A stretch of DNA of 43,336 nucleotides. Origin: Acidobacteriota bacterium (GTDB taxonomy: Bacteria; Acidobacteriota; Polarisedimenticolia; SMYD01). A program made the translations under genes and the position numbers. Position 1 is the stretch's first letter. Every line of letters begins with the position of its first letter. The notes below the pieces were generated by a model. That model was not told the origin of the DNA. It ran no database searches and saw nothing but the letters and a program-made list of their open reading frames with translations. This document shows, piece by piece, positions 9,794 to 18,640 of this stretch. The stretch is taken from assembly GCA_027295805.1 (NCBI GenBank), contig JAPUKF010000333.1, forward strand, positions 1 to 43,336. The letters run 5' to 3'.

Positions 9794-10939
9794 ATGGGCT
9801 TTTGCACCGATGCGATTCATGCCGGCCAGGAACCCGATCCTGCCACAGGCGCGGTTTCCGTCCCCATCTACCAGACCTCAACATACGCCCAGATAGAACT
9901 GGGGCGCGACAAGGGGTTCGACTACGCGCGCTCCATCAATCCCACCCGCCTGGCTCTGGAACGCAGCCTGGCGGCCCTGGAGGGTGGGAAGTCGGCCTAC
10001 GCATTCTCGTCAGGAATGGCCGCCATCACCACCGTCATGATGCTCCTCAAGGCCGGAGATCACGTGGTCTCGTCGGCCAACACCTACGGCGGGACATACC
10101 GATTGTTCGTGCACATCCTCCAGCAGTTCGGCATCTCATTCTCCTTTGTGGACACCAGCAGGATGGAGGAGATCAGCGGCGCCCTCCGTCCCGAGACGCG
10201 GCTGGTTTACGTGGAAACACCGACCAATCCCATGATGGAGATCACGGACCTGGAGGCGGTGGCTGCCCTCTGCCGGAAACGCAACCTGATCTCGGTCTGC
10301 GATAACACGTTCATGTCGCCGTACCTGCAACGTCCTCTGGCCCTGGGCTTCGACATCGTGGTCCACTCCACCACCAAGTTCATCAACGGGCATTCCGATT
10401 CGGTGGGTGGGGCGGTCATCACAACGCGTCCCGAGCATGGCGAACGGATCGGTTTTGCCCAGAACTCCGTCGGAGCCATCCTCGGCCCCATGGATTCCTT
10501 TCTGGTGCTGCGCGGCGTCAAGACTCTGGGGTTGCGCATGCAGCGGCACGATGCCAATGGCCGCGCTCTGGCCGCCTTCCTGGCGGATCACCCCGGAGTG
10601 GGGCAGGTCTATTATCCCGGCCTGCCGGATCATCCCGCCCATGAGCTCGCTGTCCGTCAGATGGACGGCTTCGGCGGTATGATCGCCTTTGATTTGGGCA
10701 GTCTGGAGGCCAGCAGGGCCTTTCTCAATGGCTTGCGCGTCTTCACCCTGGCGGAAAGCCTCGGAGGTGTGGAAAGCCTGGCCTGCCATCCGGTGTCCAT
10801 GACTCATGCGGCCGTGCCCCGGGAGGATCGCCTGCGCATGGGTCTCACCGACGGTCTGGCCCGCCTCTCGGTGGGGATCGAAGATCTGGAAGATCTGCAG
10901 GAGGATGTGGAGCGCGGGCTGGCTGCCATCAAGCGATGA
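9794..10939 (+). CDS. Cystathionine gamma-lyase/gamma-synthase family PLP enzyme
   Basis: The 381-aa ORF belongs to the Cys/Met-metabolism PLP family (YARSINPTR, DNTFMSPYLQRPL, HSTTKFINGHSD with the PLP lysine, ESLGGVESL). The exact reaction cannot be told from sequence. Confidence 0.85.
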   Translation: MGFCTDAIHAGQEPDPATGAVSVPIYQTSTYAQIELGRDKGFDYARSINPTRLALERSLAALEGGKSAYAFSSGMAAITTVMMLLKAGDHVVSSANTYGGTYRLFVHILQQFGISFSFVDTSRMEEISGALRPETRLVYVETPTNPMMEITDLEAVAALCRKRNLISVCDNTFMSPYLQRPLALGFDIVVHSTTKFINGHSDSVGGAVITTRPEHGERIGFAQNSVGAILGPMDSFLVLRGVKTLGLRMQRHDANGRALAAFLADHPGVGQVYYPGLPDHPAHELAVRQMDGFGGMIAFDLGSLEASRAFLNGLRVFTLAESLGGVESLACHPVSMTHAAVPREDRLRMGLTDGLARLSVGIEDLEDLQEDVERGLAAIKR

Positions 10940-10963
10940 CGGAGAGGGCGGTGGGTGGTCAGC

Positions 10964-11329
10964 TCAACCGCTGACGGGATCCCCGGCTGCCTTACCGACG
11001 GCTGAGTTGAGCCATGCCAGCACGGCCGGGTCGGCATCGGCCACGGGCAGGGCCAGGACCTCCGGGAGCTCATAGGAGTGGAGGCTGCGGATGGCTTTGC
11101 GCAGAGCCTGGAACATGCCGGTGGTGGTCTTGATCACCAGCAGGAGTTCCTCATCGTCCCAGAGCTTGCCTTTCCAGCGGTAGATGGATCGGACGGACGG
11201 CAGGATATTGACGCAGGCCGCCAGGCGCTGCTCCACGAGGGCCTCAGCGATGCTGCGGGCCTGCTCCTCCGATCCGACGGTCGTCAGGACCACCAGGGCG
11301 TCCTGGTCTGATTTCTTCTGGGTAGCCAC
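10964..11329 (-). CDS. cutA: Divalent-cation tolerance protein CutA
   Basis: The 121-aa ORF matches CutA (VVLTTVGSEEQARSIAEALVEQRLAACVNILP.VRSIYRWKGK, HSYELPEVLALPV). Confidence 0.85.
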   Translation of the reverse strand: MATQKKSDQDALVVLTTVGSEEQARSIAEALVEQRLAACVNILPSVRSIYRWKGKLWDDEELLLVIKTTTGMFQALRKAIRSLHSYELPEVLALPVADADPAVLAWLNSAVGKAAGDPVSG

Positions 11330-11429
11330 GATTCGTCTCCTGCCAGGTTCCCGGTTGCGGGCTGGGATTCTAAAAGACGTCGATCCGGGGTGTCAAGCGC
11401 CCGCATCTCCTTGATAGGAAAAGACCTGC

Positions 11430-12842
11430 ATGTTAAATTGGCGTGGTGGGAAGCCTGTGATTCGCTTCGGAACATCCGGATGGCGAGCAGTCATCAGCGA
11501 CGAGTTCACTTTTGCGAACGTGCGCCGTGTGACGCGCGCGGTGGCCGGCGTTGTGAGCCGCCATACGGGCAAGCCGGCGCGACTGGCCATCGGATATGAT
11601 ACCCGCTTCCTCTCGGAGCGCTTCGCCGCGGAAGCGGCCAAGGTCCTGACCGAGGCGGGCGGCCCGACCTACCTCTCGGGGGAACCGTTGCCCACGCCCG
11701 TCCTGGCCTTCGCCATCACCCATCTTGGCCTGGATGGGGGCCTCAACGTGACCGCGTCCCACAATCCTCCAGAATACAATGGTTTGAAGTTTTCCACCGC
11801 CCAGGGGGCACCGGCCCCACGGGAAATCACCGATCAAATCGAAGCTCAGCTTGTCCACGTGAGCCAGGATCCGGTCGCTGACCAGCATGCCGAGCTTCTC
11901 AGCCTGGCGCCCCGGGAAGCTTATTTCGCGCGGCTGCGGGAACTGGTGGATGTGGATGCTTTGCGCGCACGTCCTCTGCGCGTCGGGTTCGACGCCCGCT
12001 TCGGCACCAGCCGGGGCTGGCTGGACCGCTTCCTGGAAGAGAACGGGGCCACGGTGGTGCGGGTCAATGATCGTCGTGATCCCCTGTTTGGTGGCGGCAC
12101 GCCCGAGTGCTCAGGCGCCAATCTGAACAGTTTGAAGCAGGTCGTGACGGCAGAAGGCCTCGACCTGGGGCTGGCCACCGATGGTGACGGCGATCGCTTC
12201 GGCGTGGTGGATAGCGACGGGAAGGAAATGTCGCCCAATATGATTCTTGCCCTCCTGGCCGATGATCTGCTGCGCACGAGGGCATGGGCCGGCGGCATCG
12301 GACGGACTGTGGCCACCACACATCTGCTGGACCGGATCGGGGCTCTCCATGGGCGGGAACTGTACGAGACGCCAGTGGGGTTCAAGCACTTTCAATCCCT
12401 CATGGAGAAGGGCGCCATCTTCATGGGTGGCGAGGAAAGCGCCGGCTTCTCGGTGGCAGGACACGTGCCGGAGAAAGATGGGATCCTGGCGGGCCTGTTG
12501 GTGGCGGAACTGGTGGCGCGGCGGGGCCCCGGCCTGAGCGCTCACCTGCGCACTCTCTTTGCGGAGATTGGGCCCCTCTATTCTCAGCGCCGGGACCGCC
12601 GTTTCGACCCGGAGTCCCGAGAGGTTCTGGAGTCGCGCCTGAAGGAAGTTCCGGCCAGCCTGGCGGGGGAGAGTATTCAGCGCACGGTGAGCATCGATGG
12701 CACCAAGTGGATACGCCATGACGGCGCCTGGCTCATGGTCAGATTGTCGGGGCCGGAACCGGTGGTCCGGCTTTACGCCGAGGCGGCCGATGAAACCACT
12801 GTGACCCACTTGCTGGACCAGGGAGAGGCCCTTCTTCCGTAG
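11430..12842 (+). CDS. Phosphoglucomutase/phosphomannomutase family protein
   Basis: The 470-aa ORF has [10 protein letters not shown], the active-site [11 protein letters not shown] and the metal loop [10 protein letters not shown]. Confidence 0.9.
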   Translation: MLNWRGGKPVIRFGTSGWRAVISDEFTFANVRRVTRAVAGVVSRHTGKPARLAIGYDTRFLSERFAAEAAKVLTEAGGPTYLSGEPLPTPVLAFAITHLGLDGGLNVTASHNPPEYNGLKFSTAQGAPAPREITDQIEAQLVHVSQDPVADQHAELLSLAPREAYFARLRELVDVDALRARPLRVGFDARFGTSRGWLDRFLEENGATVVRVNDRRDPLFGGGTPECSGANLNSLKQVVTAEGLDLGLATDGDGDRFGVVDSDGKEMSPNMILALLADDLLRTRAWAGGIGRTVATTHLLDRIGALHGRELYETPVGFKHFQSLMEKGAIFMGGEESAGFSVAGHVPEKDGILAGLLVAELVARRGPGLSAHLRTLFAEIGPLYSQRRDRRFDPESREVLESRLKEVPASLAGESIQRTVSIDGTKWIRHDGAWLMVRLSGPEPVVRLYAEAADETTVTHLLDQGEALLP

Positions 12843-12862
12843 GGGCCGCGAGGGAGGACAGC

Positions 12863-14158
12863 ATGGATTGCATCCGGGATATCAAGGCCAGGGAGATTCT
12901 TGACTCGCGTGGAAACCCGACTCTGGAGGTCGATGTGCAGCTTGAGTCCGGTGCCCTGGGACGTACCGCTATCCCTTCCGGTGCGTCGACCGGTGTGCGG
13001 GAGGCGGTGGAACTGCGCGACGGTGAAGCCCGGTTTGCCGGCAAGGGCGTGCGCAAGGCCATGGCCCATGCCACGGGAGTGTTGCTGGAGGCGGTCATGG
13101 GCTGTGATGCTCTGGATCAGGCCGGGGTGGACCAGCGCCTGCTGGCTGCCGACGGCACCCCCAACAAGATGCGCCTGGGTGCCAACGCCATCCTCGGTGT
13201 CTCCCTGGGGACCGCCCGGGCGGCAGCCAACAGCCGCGGTGTCTCTCTCCACCGGCAGCTCGGGAGCAAGGAGGAAATCCTTCTCCCGGTGCCCATGATG
13301 AACATCCTCAATGGTGGCGAACATGCGGACAACAATGTCGATATCCAGGAATTCATGATCCTTCCGGTGGGCGCCGCCAGTTTCGCCGAAGGGCTGCGCG
13401 CCGGCAGTGAGATTTACCATGCTCTCAGGAAGGTCCTGCGGCAGCAGGGCCTCTCCACGGGAGTGGGGGACGAGGGGGGATTCGCACCGAATCTCTCTTC
13501 CAATGAGCAGGCTCTGGATGTGATTGTGGAGGCGGTGGGCAGGGCGGGATACAGCGCCGGGGATGACATCCTCCTGGCTCTGGATGTGGCGGCGTCCTCC
13601 TTTTGCGAGGGCCGGCGCTACCGGCTCTTGGCAGGTGGCGAGCGCCTTCTGGATGCCGATGGCATGATCGAGTACTACCGTGAGCTGCTCTCCCGCTATC
13701 CCATCGTGTCTCTGGAAGACGGCCTGGGCGAGGATGACTGGGAAGGCTGGCAGCGCATGACCGAGGCTCTGGGCGGGGAGGTTCAGGTGGTTGGCGATGA
13801 CGTGTTCGTCACCAACCCGGAAACGGTGAGCCGGGGCATTGCCGACGGCGTGGCCAACAGCGTACTCATCAAGCTCAACCAGGTGGGGACTGTCACCGAG
13901 ACTCTGCAGACCATGGCCCTGGCGCGGGCAGCGTCTTACAGCCAGGTGGTTTCCCATCGTTCCGGTGAGACCGAGGATACGAGCATTGCGGATCTGGCCG
14001 TGGCCGGGCAATGCGGCCAGATCAAAACCGGTGCTCCCTGTCGCGGCGAGCGCGTCGCAAAATACAATCGCCTGCTGCGCATCGAAGAGGAGGCTGGCAC
14101 GCGGGCCCGCTACGCTGGCCGATCTCCCTATGCCCGGCTGGCTGCAGGCACCAGGTGA
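12863..14158 (+). CDS. eno: Enolase (phosphopyruvate hydratase)
   Basis: The 431-aa ORF has [39 protein letters not shown] and [15 protein letters not shown] lies upstream of the ATG. Confidence 0.97.
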   Translation: MDCIRDIKAREILDSRGNPTLEVDVQLESGALGRTAIPSGASTGVREAVELRDGEARFAGKGVRKAMAHATGVLLEAVMGCDALDQAGVDQRLLAADGTPNKMRLGANAILGVSLGTARAAANSRGVSLHRQLGSKEEILLPVPMMNILNGGEHADNNVDIQEFMILPVGAASFAEGLRAGSEIYHALRKVLRQQGLSTGVGDEGGFAPNLSSNEQALDVIVEAVGRAGYSAGDDILLALDVAASSFCEGRRYRLLAGGERLLDADGMIEYYRELLSRYPIVSLEDGLGEDDWEGWQRMTEALGGEVQVVGDDVFVTNPETVSRGIADGVANSVLIKLNQVGTVTETLQTMALARAASYSQVVSHRSGETEDTSIADLAVAGQCGQIKTGAPCRGERVAKYNRLLRIEEEAGTRARYAGRSPYARLAAGTR

Positions 14159-14187
14159 CACGTCCGCGCAGGGGCGATAGGCCTGCC

Positions 14188-14529
14188 GTGCCCATAGGAG
14201 GAGGGGTCATCGTTGCCGTGGTTGTTGCCGTGGCGGCCCTGCTCACGCTCCGTTTCATGGTGGCCGATGACGGCTATCCGGCGATTCTCGACCTGCGCGC
14301 CGAGATGAGCGAGACGGACCTTGAGTTGCACCGCATGCAGGAGGAGAACCGCCATCTGAGACGTCGGATTACGGCCCTGCGCACGGAGCGCTACCCTGTG
14401 GAGAAGATGGCGCGAGAAGAGCTGGACTTCGCTATCCCCGGCGAGATCATCTATCTTTTCCCGGCCGATCTCCCAGCCCCGAGGCTGAAAACCGACGTGT
14501 CCTCCAGCGAGGAAGAAAAACAACCATGA
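14188..14529 (+). CDS. ftsB: Septum formation initiator (FtsB/DivIC family) protein
   Basis: Has a single N-terminal TM helix (GVIVAVVVAVAALLTL), a coiled-coil (LELHRMQEENRHLRRRITAL) and a YPVEKMAREELDF tail. The start is taken at the GTG at 14188; the GTG at 14155 is an alternative. The ORF-track ATG at 14011 lies inside eno. Confidence 0.7.
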   Translation: MPIGGGVIVAVVVAVAALLTLRFMVADDGYPAILDLRAEMSETDLELHRMQEENRHLRRRITALRTERYPVEKMAREELDFAIPGEIIYLFPADLPAPRLKTDVSSSEEEKQP

Positions 14530-15341
14530 GGGAATCCAGCTCCTTGTACACTGGCGGCCGGGGAATCCTGCTGCTTTCGCTGCTCCTGCTCACGGCTCTT
14601 CAGTGCAGCGGCGACACCTTCGATCCCGGTGCTCTGGAATCTCAGGGTGATGCCGGCCGCGCGGCACTTGACCTCATCCGTGCTCATGGCGGCATGGCGG
14701 CTTACCGGGCTCTTGATGATCTGGAATACCGAGTCCGGGTGGAGCGCTACGATCCGGCCGGTGCCCTCAGTGGCGTCAGCGAGGAGATTCATCGCTTCGA
14801 GGCCGCCCCGCCGCGCCGCTACATCCTGCGCCGCACGGGCAGCCAGGTCCTGGAGATGGGCCTCAAGGGGGAGGCAGGCTGGATCCGCGTCGACGGCCAG
14901 GCACGGCCGGGTGGGGCGGCCGCGGATCGGGCGCGGGGCGATCTCTGGATCCGCTCGGTTCTCAATCGGGCGCCCTTCTCACTCGCGGACCCGGACGTAT
15001 CCGTCTCCATGGCTCCCGATGGCAAGGCGATCTTGGCTCGCTGGGCGGCTGCCGGGAATGCCGGCGGCTCCATGGTCTTCTTCGCCGACCAGGAGACAGG
15101 TCGGTTGCAGCGGGTGGTATTCCGGGACCCGCGCCTGCCCGCCGACGCCCCCATGCAGGTTGCTCGCGTGGAAGACCTGCGCCAGGAGGACGGGGTCTGG
15201 CTGGTCGGTCAGTGGGGACTGGCGACCACCATCGCGGTGATGGCACAGCCGGACCTGGCGCGCTGGCGCTGGACCACGAGGGAGATTCGCACCCGCAACG
15301 GCTTTTCAGAGCAGTTGTACCAGGCGGGCAACACGAACTGA
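14526..15341 (+). CDS. Hypothetical lipoprotein
   Basis: The 271-aa ORF has a signal peptide and lipobox (LLLLTALQC). Its ATGA overlaps the ftsB-like stop. I recognise no family. Confidence 0.6.
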   Translation: MRESSSLYTGGRGILLLSLLLLTALQCSGDTFDPGALESQGDAGRAALDLIRAHGGMAAYRALDDLEYRVRVERYDPAGALSGVSEEIHRFEAAPPRRYILRRTGSQVLEMGLKGEAGWIRVDGQARPGGAAADRARGDLWIRSVLNRAPFSLADPDVSVSMAPDGKAILARWAAAGNAGGSMVFFADQETGRLQRVVFRDPRLPADAPMQVARVEDLRQEDGVWLVGQWGLATTIAVMAQPDLARWRWTTREIRTRNGFSEQLYQAGNTN

Positions 15342-15343
15342 TT

Positions 15344-15375
15344 CCTGCCTGCCTCAAGTGAGGCGAAGCTGCAGG
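15344..15375. terminator. Two-tier GC hairpin between convergent gene ends (possible bidirectional terminator, no U-tract)
   Basis: CCTGC(15344-48)..GCCTC(51-55) aagt GAGGC(60-64)..GCAGG(71-75). It lies between the lipoprotein stop (15341) and the small-ORF stop (15412). Confidence 0.25.
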
Positions 15376-15411
15376 GACAGGTAGCGAGATGAGAAGGGAG
15401 ACTTCAGCCGG

Positions 15412-15573
15412 TCAGCCGCGCCGGACCCATTCGCTGGCAATAGTCATGGTCGTATCGTCTTTGCCATACCCTTGAGCAGGACCGAGAAGCTCAAGCAACT
15501 CCCGTTCCGTGATCGGGGTCACGGAAGGTTTCTGATAGGCCTTGCGCTCCTTGTTGTGTGCTCTGTGATCCAT
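15412..15573 (-). CDS. Orphan 53-aa small protein or peptide-precursor candidate
   Basis: My own translation, since this is below the ORF-track cutoff: MDHRAHNKERKAYQKPSVTPITERELLELLGPAQGYGKDDTTMTIASEWVRRG. A G-rich/AAGGA element lies upstream of the ATG, and it has its own near-consensus promoter. By my count GC3 is about 64%; by eye, without a count, that looks lower than neighbouring genes. Confidence 0.4.
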   Translation of the reverse strand: MDHRAHNKERKAYQKPSVTPITERELLELLGPAQGYGKDDTTMTIASEWVRRG

Positions 15574-15639
15574 ATCCTTGCACCCCCGGAAGGCGGCGGA
15601 CCTTCGAATTCAACGGTTTCCACGTAGATCGTTTCACTC

Positions 15640-15668
15640 CTTATACTGCGGCGCGTACACCCCGTCAA
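15640..15668 (-). promoter_or_regulatory. Near-consensus sigma70-like promoter driving the small ORF
   Basis: On the minus strand: TTGACG (15668-15663), a 17-nt spacer, then TATAAG (15645-15640). It overlaps a plus-strand TATACT (15642-15647) that could serve the divergent cohesin gene. Confidence 0.5.
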
Positions 15669-15708
15669 GACAATGCCTTCCTTCCTGAGGTGCGGTAGAC
15701 TTGAAAGC

Positions 15709-16350
15709 ATGCGAAAGATGCCCATGATTCCGTTCCTCACCCGGGTCTTCTGCCTCCTGGCCCTCCTGGCGGCCTGGACCACGGTGAGCCTTGCCGGAGG
15801 GGCATCCACCACCCAGACGGCCCCGGCCGGCGAGAAGCCCCGTCCCCAGGCCTGCGCCGAGGGCGGGACTCTCGGCCCGATCCGTATTCAGGTCGGGGCG
15901 GTGGAAGCCCTGGCCTATGTTGGAAAAACCGTCTCGCTTCCGGTTCTCGTCAAAGGGGTTTGCGACCTTGGTGGCTTCAATTTCTGGCTGACTTACGACC
16001 ACCGTGTGGTGCAACTGGTTGAGGTTGCAGAAACGCCGTTTCTTGCCGGTTCACCTCCCGTTGAACTTGCCTTCACCGGCTTGCAGCCCGGGGCACCTCG
16101 CCAGACAATCCGGGGAAGTCGTCCGCCTGGATCCGGCGGTGTTGACGGCCGAGGCATCCTGGCCAGGCTGGTCTTCCGGGGACTCGCCGAGGGGAACACT
16201 CGCATCAACCTGGTGCGTCTGCACCTGTACGATCCCCAGGGTGAGGAGATCGACTCGTTCCAGGTCCCGGTTCGTATCACCGTGTTGCCGGTTTGGGTGC
16301 AGCCCGGCGATCCCCGGGATCCGCGTCAGTCCGGTGGCCGGCGGCCCTGA
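15709..16350 (+). CDS. Secreted cohesin-domain protein
   Basis: Has a signal peptide (MRKMPMIPFLTRVFCLLALLAAWTTVSLAGG) followed by a single cohesin-like module (IRIQVG...GKTVSLPVLVKGV.DLGGFNFWLTYD..VVQLVEV ... GILARLVFRGLAEGNTRI). The start is uncertain; 15673, 15709 and 15718 are all possible. Confidence 0.6.
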   Translation: MRKMPMIPFLTRVFCLLALLAAWTTVSLAGGASTTQTAPAGEKPRPQACAEGGTLGPIRIQVGAVEALAYVGKTVSLPVLVKGVCDLGGFNFWLTYDHRVVQLVEVAETPFLAGSPPVELAFTGLQPGAPRQTIRGSRPPGSGGVDGRGILARLVFRGLAEGNTRINLVRLHLYDPQGEEIDSFQVPVRITVLPVWVQPGDPRDPRQSGGRRP

Positions 16351-16377
16351 AGAGATGGCCGCACTGGAGCTGCGCAG

Positions 16378-17034
16378 GTGACCCGAGGCGAGACCGAGGC
16401 GGCCCGTGAGCGGGCGGCCATGGTGCGCCATCAGTTGCTGGCCAGGGGTATGGTCCGGAGTCCGGTGCTCACAGCCATGGGAGAGGTGCCCCGGGAGATG
16501 TTCATTCCCCGGTCGCGCCGGGCCGCTGCTTACGACGATGCGCCGTTGCCCCTGGCCGGCGGCCAGACCATCTCCCAGCCCTATGTGGTCGCGCGCATGA
16601 CCGAGGAGTTGGGTCTCAGGGGTGACGAACGCGTCCTGGAGGTGGGGACCGGCAGCGGCTACCAGACGGCCATCCTTGCCCGTGTGGCCGCAGCAGTCTA
16701 CAGCATGGAGCGGGACGCGCTGCTGCTGGAGCGGGCCAGGGAAGTTCTCACTCGCCTGGGGTACGACACAGTCCATCTGCGCCACGGTGATGGACGCCTG
16801 GGCTGGCCGGAGATGAAGCCGTTCGGTGGCATTCTGGTGGCCGCTGTGGGCCGCGAACCGCCACCGGCCCTCCTGGCCCAGCTGGCACCGGGGGCGCGTC
16901 TGGTCATGCCGCTCAAAGATCCGGATGCCGAGGACGGTGAAGTCCTGATGCGCCTGGAGCGCCAGGGGGAAGGATTCCGCCGGACACCGCTCTTTCCGGT
17001 GCGATTCGTGCCGCTCCTGGCCGGCATCAGGTAG
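16378..17034 (+). CDS. pcm: Protein-L-isoaspartate O-methyltransferase
   Basis: The 218-aa ORF has VPRE.F.P, GQTISQPYVVARM and the SAM motif VLEVGTGSGYQTAILA. Confidence 0.9.
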   Translation: MTRGETEAARERAAMVRHQLLARGMVRSPVLTAMGEVPREMFIPRSRRAAAYDDAPLPLAGGQTISQPYVVARMTEELGLRGDERVLEVGTGSGYQTAILARVAAAVYSMERDALLLERAREVLTRLGYDTVHLRHGDGRLGWPEMKPFGGILVAAVGREPPPALLAQLAPGARLVMPLKDPDAEDGEVLMRLERQGEGFRRTPLFPVRFVPLLAGIR

Positions 17035-17084
17035 GGCTGGCGAGTTGTCCCCCGACAGCGTAAACTATGTGCCAGGAGGTGTCC

Positions 17085-17471
17085 ATGACTGACAGCACCG
17101 CAAGCGTTGCGACCGGTGAGAAGCAGCAGGGGGCCACGGGCAGGTCCAGTCTGTTGCAGTTGACATCGGCGGCAGCTACCAAAGTGCAGCAGTTCAGCGC
17201 TGATGACGCCCATCAGGGGAAGACTTTCCGCGTTTATATCGAAGGCGGAGGCTGTTCCGGTTTTCAGTACGGCTTCTCATTTGACCAGTGCCGTGAGGAC
17301 GACACACGCGTGGCGGTGGAAGATGTGGATGTCCTGGTGGATCCCCAGAGCGCAATGTACCTGCGTGGTGCCGTGGTTGACTGGCAGGAAGGGTTGAGCG
17401 GCGCCGGCTTTGTGGTCCGCAACCCTAACGCCAGCGGTTCCTGCGGTTGCGGGATGTCCTTCTCCGTCTGA
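17085..17471 (+). CDS. erpA: Iron-sulfur cluster insertion protein (ErpA/IscA A-type carrier)
   Basis: Has FRVYIEGGGCSGFQYGFSFD and the C-terminal NPNASGSCGCGMSFSV. I prefer the ATG at 17085, which has AGGAGG 5 nt upstream, over the ATG at 17067. Confidence 0.8.
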   Translation: MTDSTASVATGEKQQGATGRSSLLQLTSAAATKVQQFSADDAHQGKTFRVYIEGGGCSGFQYGFSFDQCREDDTRVAVEDVDVLVDPQSAMYLRGAVVDWQEGLSGAGFVVRNPNASGSCGCGMSFSV

Positions 17472-17476
17472 TCTCC

Positions 17477-17500
17477 GCCCGGACCCTGTCAGGGCCGGGC
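17477..17500. terminator. GC-rich hairpin in the 17-nt convergent gap between erpA and queG
   Basis: GCCCGG-A-CCC tgtca GGG-CCGGGC. The loop contains the queG stop codon, and there is no clear U-tract. Confidence 0.25.
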
Positions 17501-18640
17501 TGGTTCCGCCAGACAGCGCCGGATTTCTTCTCTCACGGCTGCATGGGTTTCCACCGGCAGGCGCCGCGTCAGCAGCGCTCGAGACGCGGTGTCCCCGATC
17601 CGGCCCAGACCCCAGGCGGCATGCTCGCGGACCAGGGGTTCGGCGTGCTCCAGTCCACCGGCCAGGGCATCTCGGGCAGTTGGGCTGCCCCAATTGCCCA
17701 GGGCCACCATGACGTTGCGCAGCAGGCCGCGCCAGCGGGTGCGCCAGACGGGTGTGTGGCGATATCTTCGCCGGAATGACTCCGCATCCAGAGCAGCCAG
17801 ATCCAGAAGGTCGGTGTGGGTCTGGTCGCCGGAGTAGGCGGTGTCGCCGGCCGGCTGCGGTGGTGCGTTGAGGGGGCAGACATCCTGGCAGTCATCGCAC
17901 CCGAAAACCCGGTTGCCCATGAGAGGACGCAGATCCAAGGGGATGGCCCCCTTCAACTCGATGGTCAGGTAGGAGATGCAGCGGCGTGCATCGATGATGC
18001 CGGGGGCGACGATAGCCGCTGTTGGACAGGCCGTGATGCACATGGAGCAGGGTCCGCATTCATCCTCCACGGGAGAATCCAGGGGCCATTCCGCATCGGT
18101 GGCCAGGCCGCCGAGGAAAAAGAGCGACCCCGCCCCGGGGAGCAGGAGGTTCCCGTTCTTTCCGATCCATCCCAGGCCGCCGGCAGCGGCCAGGGCTTTC
18201 TCCATGAGGGGGCTGCTGTCCACGAAGGGGAGGGCGCGATATCCGGCCTTCTCGAAAATGGGGATCAGACGGGACAGTTTTTCCTTCAGGACCTCGTGAT
18301 AATCACGACCCCGCGCATAGCGGCTGATGGCGGCCCGAGACGGAGTCGTCGCACACGGGGAGCCGTGATTGTAACCCTGGGCAAAGAGGGCCACCCGGCG
18401 GGACCATGTTGCCCAGCTGCGAGGATCGGCGCGGCGGCGCCCCAGCCGTGCCATGTAGCTCATCTCACCGTGATGGCCCGCCGCCAGCCAGGTGTCCAGA
18501 GCCAGGCCCGCTCCCGGCGGGTCTTCCGCCAGGGCCACAGCCGGGCCGGTGAGTCCCATGGTGGCCGCTGCCCGGCGGACTTCCTCCAGGAGTTCCAGGT
18601 CATGCTCGCTTCCTCCGACCATGGGCAGGGTCAGCCTCAA
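17489..18640 (-). CDS. queG: Epoxyqueuosine reductase
   Basis: The 383-aa ORF has 4Fe-4S ferredoxin motifs (CGPCSMCITACP, CDDCQDVCP) and a C-terminal HEAT-like region. This is typical QueG architecture. Confidence 0.85.
   Translation of the reverse strand: MRLTLPMVGGSEHDLELLEEVRRAAATMGLTGPAVALAEDPPGAGLALDTWLAAGHHGEMSYMARLGRRRADPRSWATWSRRVALFAQGYNHGSPCATTPSRAAISRYARGRDYHEVLKEKLSRLIPIFEKAGYRALPFVDSSPLMEKALAAAGGLGWIGKNGNLLLPGAGSLFFLGGLATDAEWPLDSPVEDECGPCSMCITACPTAAIVAPGIIDARRCISYLTIELKGAIPLDLRPLMGNRVFGCDDCQDVCPLNAPPQPAGDTAYSGDQTHTDLLDLAALDAESFRRRYRHTPVWRTRWRGLLRNVMVALGNWGSPTARDALAGGLEHAEPLVREHAAWGLGRIGDTASRALLTRRLPVETHAAVREEIRRCLAEPARP

Noticed and set aside
4217-14158. RNase E/G and enolase lying in the same window as a possible degradosome locus.
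   Set aside because: They are 6 kb apart, separated by unrelated genes and operon boundaries. The co-location looks coincidental.
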